A stretch of DNA of 54,934 bases from an uncultured Opitutaceae bacterium. GTDB taxonomy: Bacteria > Verrucomicrobiota > Verrucomicrobiia > Opitutales > Opitutaceae. The notes beneath the pieces were generated by a model. It made no database searches and had not been told where the DNA came from. It saw only the letters and a program-made list of their open reading frames with translations. Positions 44,752 to 52,679 of this stretch are shown here, piece after piece; within the stretch, counting starts at the first letter, position 1, and each line of letters opens with the position of its first letter. Made by a program: the position numbers and the translations under genes. Location of the stretch: assembly GCA_964496645.1 (NCBI GenBank), contig CAZCAJ010000023.1:1-54934 (forward strand), read 5' to 3'.

Positions 44752-45924
44752 ATGGCGGTCATGGCCGGAAAGAAACACACCTCGCTCGACCGCGTGCTGG
44801 GGCGGCTCGACAGCCTCGACTCCGTCGGCCTGACAAACCTCGTCCAGCGCCTGGCGAGGGAGCGCACCCTCCTCGAGGAGATCTTCAACACGCTCCAGGA
44901 GGGGGTCCTCGTGATAGCCGCTGACGGGACGATCGAGTACGCGAACGACGCGGCCCACCGCCTCATGGGGTTGGACGGCGACCGGCTCGCCGGGCAGACG
45001 CTCTGGCGGCTCGTCCCCGGGCTGCGGTCCTCGCTCGGCGGGGACGGGAGCGCCGGCGTCCAGGCGGTCTCGCGCGAGTTCGAGCTTTCGTACCCCGAGC
45101 CGCGCACGGTCAGGTTCTACATGGTCGCGCTGCGCGAGGAGGGAGGCGGGGCGCGCCGACGCGCGGTGATCCTCGCCGACGTCACCCCGGAGAAGCTGGC
45201 GACCGCCAGGCGCATAGAGGACGAGCGCACCTCGTCGATCCTCCTGCTTGCCGGCGGCGTGGCGCACGAGCTAGGCAACCCGCTCAATTCGCTCGGGATC
45301 CACCTTCAGCTGATCGCCCGCAAGCTGAAGCGGTTCAAGGGCAGCGCGCAGGTCGACTCGATCGCGGAGTCGGTCGGCGTATGCCGCGAGGAGGTCGGGC
45401 GCCTCGACCAGATCGTCACCAATTTTCTCGAGGCGGTCCGCCCTCGCCCCCCGGACCTGGCGGAGACGAACGTGGCGGACGTCCTGGCCGAGGTCCTCAG
45501 GTTCCAGAAGCGCGAGTTCGCCAATCGGGGGATAGCCGTGGAAGCCGAGACGCAGGCCTCGCTCCCGAAGGTGTTGGCCGACCGCGGCCAGCTCAAGCAG
45601 GTGTTCTTCAACCTGACGAAGAACGCGATGGAGGCGATGCAGCCCGGGGGCAGGCTAAGGATCAGGTCGCGCGCGGACGACGACTCGGTCTACCTCGTCT
45701 TCGGCGACAGCGGCGCCGGGATACGCGAGGAGGACATGGGCAAGCTTTTCCGGCCGTACCACACGACGAAGCCCGGGGGCCACGGGCTCGGGCTGACGAT
45801 CGTCCAGCGGATCATGCGCGCGCACGGCGGCCAGGTGGGCGTGGAGAGCAGCGAGGGGATCGGCACGGTCGTCACGCTCCAGTTCCCCCGCAAGGACCGG
45901 AGCGTGCGGATGCTGCGGGGCTGA
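44752..45924 (+). CDS. Cytoplasmic sensor histidine kinase (PAS - HisKA - HATPase_c), NtrB/AtoS-like
   Basis: No TM segments; PAS region (EEIFNTLQEGVLVIAADGTIEYAN); H-box HELGNPLNS; N-box FFNLTKNAMEAM; G-boxes DSGAGI and GGHGLGL. First ATG at 44752; an in-frame TTG at 44725 overlaps the rnhB stop. Confidence 0.8.
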   Translation: MAVMAGKKHTSLDRVLGRLDSLDSVGLTNLVQRLARERTLLEEIFNTLQEGVLVIAADGTIEYANDAAHRLMGLDGDRLAGQTLWRLVPGLRSSLGGDGSAGVQAVSREFELSYPEPRTVRFYMVALREEGGGARRRAVILADVTPEKLATARRIEDERTSSILLLAGGVAHELGNPLNSLGIHLQLIARKLKRFKGSAQVDSIAESVGVCREEVGRLDQIVTNFLEAVRPRPPDLAETNVADVLAEVLRFQKREFANRGIAVEAETQASLPKVLADRGQLKQVFFNLTKNAMEAMQPGGRLRIRSRADDDSVYLVFGDSGAGIREEDMGKLFRPYHTTKPGGHGLGLTIVQRIMRAHGGQVGVESSEGIGTVVTLQFPRKDRSVRMLRG

Positions 45925-45932
45925 CGGGCCGG

Positions 45933-46547
45933 CTACGGGGCAGCGGCCTTGGGGCTCCCGGAATCGGTGGGGACGTCCCTGACCGAGATCGTGCGGGACT
46001 CGCTGGACTTGCCCAGCTGGAGCCTGACCTTGAACGGAATCTCGTCGGAGCTGACGCCGAGCTGCGAGACCATGGGAGTCGGCTCGGCCGACCGGCCGGG
46101 CGGGATCGTGACCGTGTCGGGATCGACGACGAAGTTCCCGAGATCCGAGTCGAAGTCGAGTATCTTGACCGAGATCTCGTCGGGGCCGGTGTTCGTGAGG
46201 ATCAGGTGCAGGGTGACGGGGGGCAGCGGGCTCCCGAGGGTCTGCTTGACGTCGCTGTTCGCATAGGCGGCGTACGCGCTCTTGTCGGCGGAGGCGCCGC
46301 GTCCGCCTTCGCCGCCCTTTCCCTGCTTGAGGCCGTGGCCCACCCCGCGGCTCACCGTGATCTTTGATGCCACCATGCCTCCGAAGAAGGAGCCGGTCCC
46401 GGCCATGGCCACGGGCCGCTCGCCTGAAATGACCCCCTTTGTCATCTCGTCATTGTCCTTGGAGGCGCAGCCGGAAGCCAGGAGGAGCGCCGCGAGGCAA
46501 GCCGCCGGAGATATGGTTAAGTAATGGCCAGTGTACATCTTATGCAT
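45933..46547 (-). CDS. Lipoprotein of unknown function (Gly-rich N-terminal region, C-terminal beta-rich domain)
   Basis: Signal MHKMYTGHYLTISPAACLAALLLASGCAS (lipobox); about 204 aa; convergent with the kinase gene with an 8-nt gap. Confidence 0.55.
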   Translation of the reverse strand: MHKMYTGHYLTISPAACLAALLLASGCASKDNDEMTKGVISGERPVAMAGTGSFFGGMVASKITVSRGVGHGLKQGKGGEGGRGASADKSAYAAYANSDVKQTLGSPLPPVTLHLILTNTGPDEISVKILDFDSDLGNFVVDPDTVTIPPGRSAEPTPMVSQLGVSSDEIPFKVRLQLGKSSESRTISVRDVPTDSGSPKAAAP

Positions 46548-46705
46548 GTTTGATGCGCGCCTGCGCGGCCGGTCCCGCCGCAATCGAACGGGGTGGACAC
46601 GCGGGTCGACGGAAGGTTGCATGGGGCGTGCTCTTGCGCCAATGGTAAAAGCGCATCTTTCCGACCCGATCTACGTCTGGTCGGTCATAGAGCAATGGCA
46701 AACGC

Positions 46706-47251
46706 ATGGATGAAAGTTCACCGACCACGCTGGGTGCCCGGGTTCGCCGGGCGCAGCGCGGGGACGAGGCCGCACTGCGCGAGCTCATTGTGTCCTACCA
46801 GCACCGCGTTGCCGGGTTCACCTACGCCATCACCGGGAGGAGCGACTCCGTCGAGGACCTCGTCCAGATGGTGTTCGTCAAGGTGGCGCGCTCCATCGCC
46901 CGGCTCAAGGCGCCCGACCAGTTCGAGCCGTGGCTCTTCCGGCTCGCCCGCAACACCTGCATCGACCACCTGCGGCGGCAGAAGCTGCGCCGGATCTTCA
47001 TCCCCTTCGCTCCCGAGCACGAGAACGTGCCCGAGCCTGCCGGGGCCGTCGACGCGGAGGAGCTCGACGCGCTCCGGCACGCGCTCGCCCAGCTCCGGCC
47101 CAAGGACCGCGCGCTCGTCGCGCTGGTTCAGGAGGGCCGCAGCCACGCCGAGATCGCCGAGAGCTTCAACACGAGCGTCGCTGCCGTGAAGGCTCGCCTC
47201 CACCGCGCGCGCGAACAACTTAGACAACACTACCAAAGCGATGAGAACTGA
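46706..47251 (+). CDS. ECF-subfamily RNA polymerase sigma-70 factor
   Basis: Sigma-70 region 2 (LVQMVFVKVARSIARL...FEPWLFRLARNTCIDHLRR) and region 4 (HAEIAESFNTSVAAVKARLHRAR); 181 aa. Confidence 0.88.
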   Translation: MDESSPTTLGARVRRAQRGDEAALRELIVSYQHRVAGFTYAITGRSDSVEDLVQMVFVKVARSIARLKAPDQFEPWLFRLARNTCIDHLRRQKLRRIFIPFAPEHENVPEPAGAVDAEELDALRHALAQLRPKDRALVALVQEGRSHAEIAESFNTSVAAVKARLHRAREQLRQHYQSDEN

Positions 47252-47513
47252 GAAACAAACATGGGCGCTCCTTCGCGAGCACGCGGCGGCCCAGATTACG
47301 CCCGGATTCCCCGAACGGGTCCTCAAGGCGGCTCGCGCCGCGGCCTCGCCGCTGTTCATCACCCACTTCGCAATGTGCGCTGCGACGGCTGCGGCGTGCC
47401 TCGTCGCCGTGGCGCTCTACCACGCGCGCATCTCCGGGGACGAGGACACCCAGAGCGTCGCGGGCTGGGGCGAGATCGTCGCGCAGGCGAACGACTTCGA
47501 GCAGGGCCTATGA
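47241..47513 (+). CDS. Putative anti-sigma factor (small single-pass membrane protein)
   Basis: 90 aa; overlaps the sigma gene by 11 nt; one TM helix FAMCAATAAACLVAVALY; the position is typical of ECF anti-sigma factors. Confidence 0.6.
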   Translation: MRTEKQTWALLREHAAAQITPGFPERVLKAARAAASPLFITHFAMCAATAAACLVAVALYHARISGDEDTQSVAGWGEIVAQANDFEQGL

Positions 47514-48157
47514 GGGACCGCGTCCTCGCAGCGCTCCTGACCGCGCTCGTGTTCGGGATCGGGTTCGGCGCGGGGATGTGGGCCGAGCGTCACCGGCCTT
47601 TCCCTCCCCCGCCGGGGCCGTTCATGGGTGAATTCGACGCCAGGCACGGCTGGGTCGCGCGCGCCACGCCTCCCATCAACCGCGCCCAGTTGATGGAGCA
47701 GATCGACGCGATACGGCCGCAGATGGAGGCCTTCAGGACGCGGGTCGGCGAGATCTACGCCGAGTTCGACCGCGACATCGCGACGGTGCTGACGCCGGAG
47801 CAGCGCGAGGAGTACGAGCGCCGGTTCCGGTCGCAGCGCGGGCTCCTGGGCCCCGCCGAGTCGCCCGCGCCCGACAAGCCCTTGTCAGACGAGCAGATCG
47901 AACGGCTTCTGCAGCGGCCGTTCCGCACGCTGGCCTTCTTTGTCGTCCTGCCGATGACGCTCGACCGGATGACGAGCGAGCTCAAGCTGGACGAGGCACA
48001 GCGCGGCAAGGTGAACGACCTCCTGCACGTGCGCAGGGAGAAGTTCATCGAGCTCGTGGACAACTCCCCGCCGCTGAGCCTGATGCTTAGCCGGCTGGCG
48101 CCGATTGCGCAGCGCCTGGCGGAGCCGGGCAAGGCCGGCGGCGCGCCCGCGCACTAG
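47510..48157 (+). CDS. Periplasmic LTXXQ-motif protein (Spy/CpxP/ZraP-family-like chaperone)
   Basis: ATGA overlap with the anti-sigma stop; N-terminal signal/TM; two LTXXQ-type motifs (LTPEQREEYERRF; LDEAQRGKVNDLL); 215 aa. Confidence 0.65.
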   Translation: MRDRVLAALLTALVFGIGFGAGMWAERHRPFPPPPGPFMGEFDARHGWVARATPPINRAQLMEQIDAIRPQMEAFRTRVGEIYAEFDRDIATVLTPEQREEYERRFRSQRGLLGPAESPAPDKPLSDEQIERLLQRPFRTLAFFVVLPMTLDRMTSELKLDEAQRGKVNDLLHVRREKFIELVDNSPPLSLMLSRLAPIAQRLAEPGKAGGAPAH

Positions 48158-48212
48158 GCGTACGCGCTTGCACGGGGCTTGACCGCCGGGGCGTGTCGCT
48201 TGGAATGGCGGC

Positions 48213-49592
48213 ATGGTCCCAAGCGTGCTCATCGTCGACGACGAGAAACACACCCGCGAGGGCCTTCAGCAGGCGCTCGCGGAGAACTACGACGTGAGCG
48301 TGGCCGCGAACGCCGACGAGGCGTTCAACCTGATGGACGCGCAGCCCTTCGACGTCATCCTCACGGACCTTAGGATGCCCGGGAAATCCGGCCTGAGGGT
48401 GATCGACCGCGCGCTCGCCCTGCCGAACAAGCCGGCCGTCCTGATGATGACGGCCTACGGGAACATCGACACGGCAGTGGAGGCGATGAGGAGGGGGGCG
48501 GTGGACTTCCTCACGAAGCCGGTCAACATCGAGCGTCTTGACGTGCTCATCCGCCGGGCGCTGAAGACGAAGACCCTCGAGGTGGAGGTCAAGCAGCTCC
48601 ACGAGCGCCTGGACGAGAAGTTCGACCTCGAGGGGATCGTCGGGAACTCGCCGCTCCTCAAGGACGTGGTCGAGACCGCGAAGAAGGTCGCGCAGTCGAA
48701 GGCCACGGTCCTCATCGAGGGCGAGTCGGGCACGGGCAAGGAGCTGATCGCCCAGGCGATCCACCAGTCGAGCCCGCGCTCCAGGGGGCCCTTCGTCGCC
48801 GTCCACTGCGCGGCGCTTTCCGAGAGCCTGCTCGAGAGCGAGCTCTTCGGGCACGAGAAGGGCTCGTTCACGGGCGCCACGGAGCGCCGCATCGGGAGGT
48901 TCGAGTCCGCGGACGGCGGGACGCTTTTCCTTGACGAGATCGGCGAGGTCTCCCCGGCGATCCAGGTCAAGCTGCTGCGGTTTCTGGAGACCAAGTCGAT
49001 CGAGCGGGTGGGGGGCTCTAAGACGCTGACCCTGGACGTGCGCCTGGTGACGGCGAGCAACCGGAGCCTGGAGCAGCTGGTTCGCGAGGGCAAATTCCGA
49101 GAGGACCTGTTCTTCCGCCTGGACGTCGTGCGCTTCGTCATGCCGCCTCTGCGCCAGAGGAGGGAGGACATCCCGGAGCTCCTCGCCCATTTCATTAGGC
49201 TTTTCTCGGAGGAGAACGGAGTCCCCCCGATCGAGATCGAGCCGGGGGCGATGAAGACGCTCCAGACCTACCCCTGGCCCGGGAACGTCCGCGAGCTGCG
49301 CAACTTCTGCGAGAACGCGGTCGTGCTCCGCAAGGGGGGAAAGCTGACCGAGTTCGACCTCGATCCCCGGTTCCGCGGGGCGCCCGGCTCGGCTCCGTCG
49401 GCGGGCGGAACGGCGGATGCCGGCTCGGCGTCGACCCTTTCGGTGGAGCAGAACGAGAAGCGCATCCTAAGGGAGGCGCTCATCAAGTCGCGCGGCAACC
49501 GGACCAAGGCCGCGGAGATGATGGGCATTAGCCGGCGGACGCTCCACCGCAAGCTGGCCCAGTGGCCCGAGCTCGATGTGACCGATAAATGA
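48213..49592 (+). CDS. Sigma-54-dependent two-component response regulator (NtrC family: REC - AAA+ - HTH)
   Basis: REC domain with the conserved Asp; Walker A GESGTGKE; the sigma-54 contact motif (ESELFGHEKGSFTGA, GAFTGA-type); C-terminal Fis-type HTH; 459 aa. Confidence 0.92.
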   Translation: MVPSVLIVDDEKHTREGLQQALAENYDVSVAANADEAFNLMDAQPFDVILTDLRMPGKSGLRVIDRALALPNKPAVLMMTAYGNIDTAVEAMRRGAVDFLTKPVNIERLDVLIRRALKTKTLEVEVKQLHERLDEKFDLEGIVGNSPLLKDVVETAKKVAQSKATVLIEGESGTGKELIAQAIHQSSPRSRGPFVAVHCAALSESLLESELFGHEKGSFTGATERRIGRFESADGGTLFLDEIGEVSPAIQVKLLRFLETKSIERVGGSKTLTLDVRLVTASNRSLEQLVREGKFREDLFFRLDVVRFVMPPLRQRREDIPELLAHFIRLFSEENGVPPIEIEPGAMKTLQTYPWPGNVRELRNFCENAVVLRKGGKLTEFDLDPRFRGAPGSAPSAGGTADAGSASTLSVEQNEKRILREALIKSRGNRTKAAEMMGISRRTLHRKLAQWPELDVTDK

Positions 49593-51382
49593 CGGCCCGC
49601 CCGCGCACCACGCAGGAGCTGATCCACTGGCTCGAGATGGGCGGGGGCGCGCGGTGGGTGCGGATGGGGGCGCTCGTGGTCTGCGGGCTCGTAGTCTCGA
49701 GCCTGGTCTCCTGGCGCCAGTTCCACGGCGCGACGAGCGAGGCTACGCTGGCGCAGGCCGACATGGGCAGGCAGATTGCGTTCGGCCGGGGGTTCACGAC
49801 CCGGGTCAACTACCCGCAGGCGGTCGCGTTCTTCGCGGCCCGGGGGATCCGCTTTGACCCCTCCCGCCCCTATCCGGAGGTGTACCAGGCGCCGCTCTAC
49901 CCGATGGTAATCGCGGGCGCGCTGCGACTCCTGCCCCACGCGGTGCGCGAGGGGCTCTTCGGGTCGGCCCCCACGCCCCCGTTCGGTTTTGGCGCCGACT
50001 ACCTGCTCCTCGGGCTGAACGTCGTCCTCTTCTGGCTCGCGGTCTGGCTCGCGTTCGACCTCGGCCGGCGCCTCTTCGGGGCGCCCGCCGGCTGGCTGGC
50101 GGCGATCGCCCTGTTCGTCTCGGTGCCGGTCTGGCAGCAGGTCGTCTCGGTCGACGGCGCGGCGCTCATGATGGTGCTCGGCCTGGGCGCGTTCGAGGCG
50201 TGGTGGGGGGCGGAGTCGGCGGGGGACCTCCGGCGCGCCGCCATCCCGCTCGGGGCCCTCGGCGCCCTGTGCGGCGCCCTCTTCCTTGCCGAGTACTGCG
50301 CGGGGGCCCTGGTTGTCGCCGTGGTGGCTGGCGTGTGGCGGCGGTTCCCGGGCGCGGCGAGGTGGCGCGCTCTCGCGCTGGTCATTTGCGGCTTCACCCT
50401 GGTCGCCGGGCCCTGGGTCGCGCGCAACATGGCCGTCACTGGGATGCCGGTCGGCCTCGCTTCCCAGAACATCGCGCTAAAGGCGGGCGACTCCACCGCC
50501 GAGCCCTCGATCGTCCGCGCGACGCTCTCGGCGCAGATTCCAGCGATCGACCTGAACAAGCTCTCCAACAAGTTCCTGACTTCGATACAGGAGAACCTGC
50601 GGTCGCGGGTGTGGTCGGGCGGCGCGCTGTGGTTCCTTGGGCTCTTCGCGGCGGGCTGGCTGTACGCCTTCCGGTCGGAGTCCGTCAACCGCGTCCGCTG
50701 GCATTTCACGGTCTCGCTCGGGGTCCTCATAGCGGCGCAGGCGGCCTTCAACTCCGGCGAGAGCGAGCGCCAGGCGGTCGTTTGGCTATCGCCCCTCATC
50801 ATCGTATTCGGGGCCGGCTTCTTCTTCGTCCTCCTCTCGAGCAACCCCGTGCTCGCGGCGTGGCCGAGGGCCTGCGCCGCGGCGCTGCTCGCCCTCCAGG
50901 CGCTCCCGCTCGTTCACGACGCGCTCAACCCGCACTGGCTCCACTTCGAGTATCCGCCGTATTTCCCGGGCCTCCTTCAGGGCATGGGCAAGCAGCTCGA
51001 CGCCTCCGACCCGACCGGCCGCTTCGGGCTCATGGCGGACGTGCCGGCGGGGCTTGCCTGGTACGGCGGGACGAGGGCCTGGGCGCAGCCCGCGACGCTC
51101 CGCGACTTCTATGCCGTGCAGGACGACCAGCTGACCGGCGAGCTTCTGCTCACGCCCAGGACCCTGGACCGCCCGTTCTTCTCGGATCTGAACGCCCGGC
51201 CCAAGTCCCCCGGGCTCCTTTCGGCCTCCACCCAGGGGACCGGCGAGTGGGGCGAGGTGTACGGGGGCCTGCTCACGGGCGCCATGCCGCGCGATTTCCC
51301 GCTGACGGTGCCCCAGAAGCTTGCGGAGAATCTCTACGTCCTCATAAACCCCGCGCTTCCTGCTGCGCCTCCCAGGCGGTAG
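49589..51382 (+). CDS. Large polytopic membrane protein (about 12 TM helices plus a C-terminal periplasmic domain), putative GT-C-type glycosyltransferase (ArnT/PMT-like) or O-antigen-polymerase-like
   Basis: ATGA overlap with the response-regulator stop; 597 aa; the first periplasmic loop (SEATLAQADMGRQIAFGRGF) is reminiscent of GT39/GT83 loop-1; no exosortase CSG motif. Confidence 0.6.
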   Translation: MTARPRTTQELIHWLEMGGGARWVRMGALVVCGLVVSSLVSWRQFHGATSEATLAQADMGRQIAFGRGFTTRVNYPQAVAFFAARGIRFDPSRPYPEVYQAPLYPMVIAGALRLLPHAVREGLFGSAPTPPFGFGADYLLLGLNVVLFWLAVWLAFDLGRRLFGAPAGWLAAIALFVSVPVWQQVVSVDGAALMMVLGLGAFEAWWGAESAGDLRRAAIPLGALGALCGALFLAEYCAGALVVAVVAGVWRRFPGAARWRALALVICGFTLVAGPWVARNMAVTGMPVGLASQNIALKAGDSTAEPSIVRATLSAQIPAIDLNKLSNKFLTSIQENLRSRVWSGGALWFLGLFAAGWLYAFRSESVNRVRWHFTVSLGVLIAAQAAFNSGESERQAVVWLSPLIIVFGAGFFFVLLSSNPVLAAWPRACAAALLALQALPLVHDALNPHWLHFEYPPYFPGLLQGMGKQLDASDPTGRFGLMADVPAGLAWYGGTRAWAQPATLRDFYAVQDDQLTGELLLTPRTLDRPFFSDLNARPKSPGLLSASTQGTGEWGEVYGGLLTGAMPRDFPLTVPQKLAENLYVLINPALPAAPPRR

Positions 51383-51453
51383 GCCACCCCCGGAATGGTC
51401 TTGCCAGCGGAGTTCGAATTGCCAGCTTGGCGGTCGCCTCTGACCAGCGCCAC

Positions 51454-52632
51454 ATGAGACAATTGCGAATCATTCTCGTGGGTTCGTCGCTAGGCATCTG
51501 CGCGACCGCGCGCGCCGTGTTCGCGCCGATTCCGGAGGAGGAGAAGGGCAAGGGCCTGACGATCTCGCTCGAGAGCGGGATCACATACAACAACAACATC
51601 TTCGGCTCCGCGACGGACGCGATCGGCAGCGCCGTGTTCGAGGTGTCGCCCAGGATCGCCTTCAACTCGTCCCTCTCGGAGCAGTCCTTTTTCTCCGCGT
51701 CCTTCGAGCCCAGGCTCGACTATTTCGAGGACCGGCCCGGCTCGAAGACCCTCTACAGCCAGGACCTGGACGCGCGGCTCGCGCACTCCTTCTCACAGAC
51801 CTCGGTCCTGGACCTGAACGACGCCTATTCCTACGACCAGAACCCCGAGGCTCTGCTGTCCGGCGTTCCGGTGAACACCAACCAGACCCTCGAGAGCAAC
51901 CAGTTCAACGGCAAGTTCACGTTCTCGCCGGTCGAGAGGCTCAGCATGGCCCTGAAGACGCGCGTCATGTACTTCGACTACATCGACCCGGTGATCGGGG
52001 ACGAGCTCAACCGATTCGAGAACCTGTACGGACTGGAGTACGACTACTCCCTTCTCCCGAACCTCGCGCTTGCGGGCGAGTACCGGCACCTGGACGTCGA
52101 CTACAGGGACGACCCGGCGGAAAACGACAAGCATTCCGACTTCCTGATGGCGGGATTCGACTACAAGCCGGGCCCGAAGGTGACCGCGAGCCTGCGCGTG
52201 GGCGGCGAATACACCCGGCGCGACGGCCTGTCGGACGAGACGACGCCCTTCGTTGAGTTCGCGGCGAAGTACGAGTACGCTCAGGGGTCGTTCATCAGCG
52301 CGGGCTACACCTACGACCTGGAGGAGACATCCAATCCGGTGCTGTTCTCCGACCAGAGGACGAACCGGATGTTCGTGAACCTCCAGCATGCGATAACCGC
52401 CTTCGTCGTCGCCTCGGCGTCCGTCCAGTACGCCCCGGCGACGCTCGTCGGCCGGTCCGGGCAGGCGGACATCGAGGAGGACTCGACCCTCGCGGGCCTG
52501 GCCCTCACCTACCTGCCGAACAAGAACTGGAAGATCACCGCCTCCTACGACTACCAATTTGTCGATTCAGGAATCTCGTCGCGCGGGATGAATAGGTCCG
52601 TGACAGGCCTGAGCGCCACCGTTATCTTCTGA
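51454..52632 (+). CDS. Outer-membrane beta-barrel protein, exopolysaccharide-locus associated (PEP-CTERM/EPS-associated OMP-like)
   Basis: Signal peptide MRQLRIILVGSSLGICATARAVFA; alternating amphipathic beta strands rich in Y/D/F; C-terminal aromatic residue (…SATVIF), the beta-barrel signature; 392 aa. Confidence 0.65.
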   Translation: MRQLRIILVGSSLGICATARAVFAPIPEEEKGKGLTISLESGITYNNNIFGSATDAIGSAVFEVSPRIAFNSSLSEQSFFSASFEPRLDYFEDRPGSKTLYSQDLDARLAHSFSQTSVLDLNDAYSYDQNPEALLSGVPVNTNQTLESNQFNGKFTFSPVERLSMALKTRVMYFDYIDPVIGDELNRFENLYGLEYDYSLLPNLALAGEYRHLDVDYRDDPAENDKHSDFLMAGFDYKPGPKVTASLRVGGEYTRRDGLSDETTPFVEFAAKYEYAQGSFISAGYTYDLEETSNPVLFSDQRTNRMFVNLQHAITAFVVASASVQYAPATLVGRSGQADIEEDSTLAGLALTYLPNKNWKITASYDYQFVDSGISSRGMNRSVTGLSATVIF

Positions 52633-52679
52633 CACCGTTGGCCCGAGTCGCCCGCACCGTGGCGATTCCAAAAGAACCC

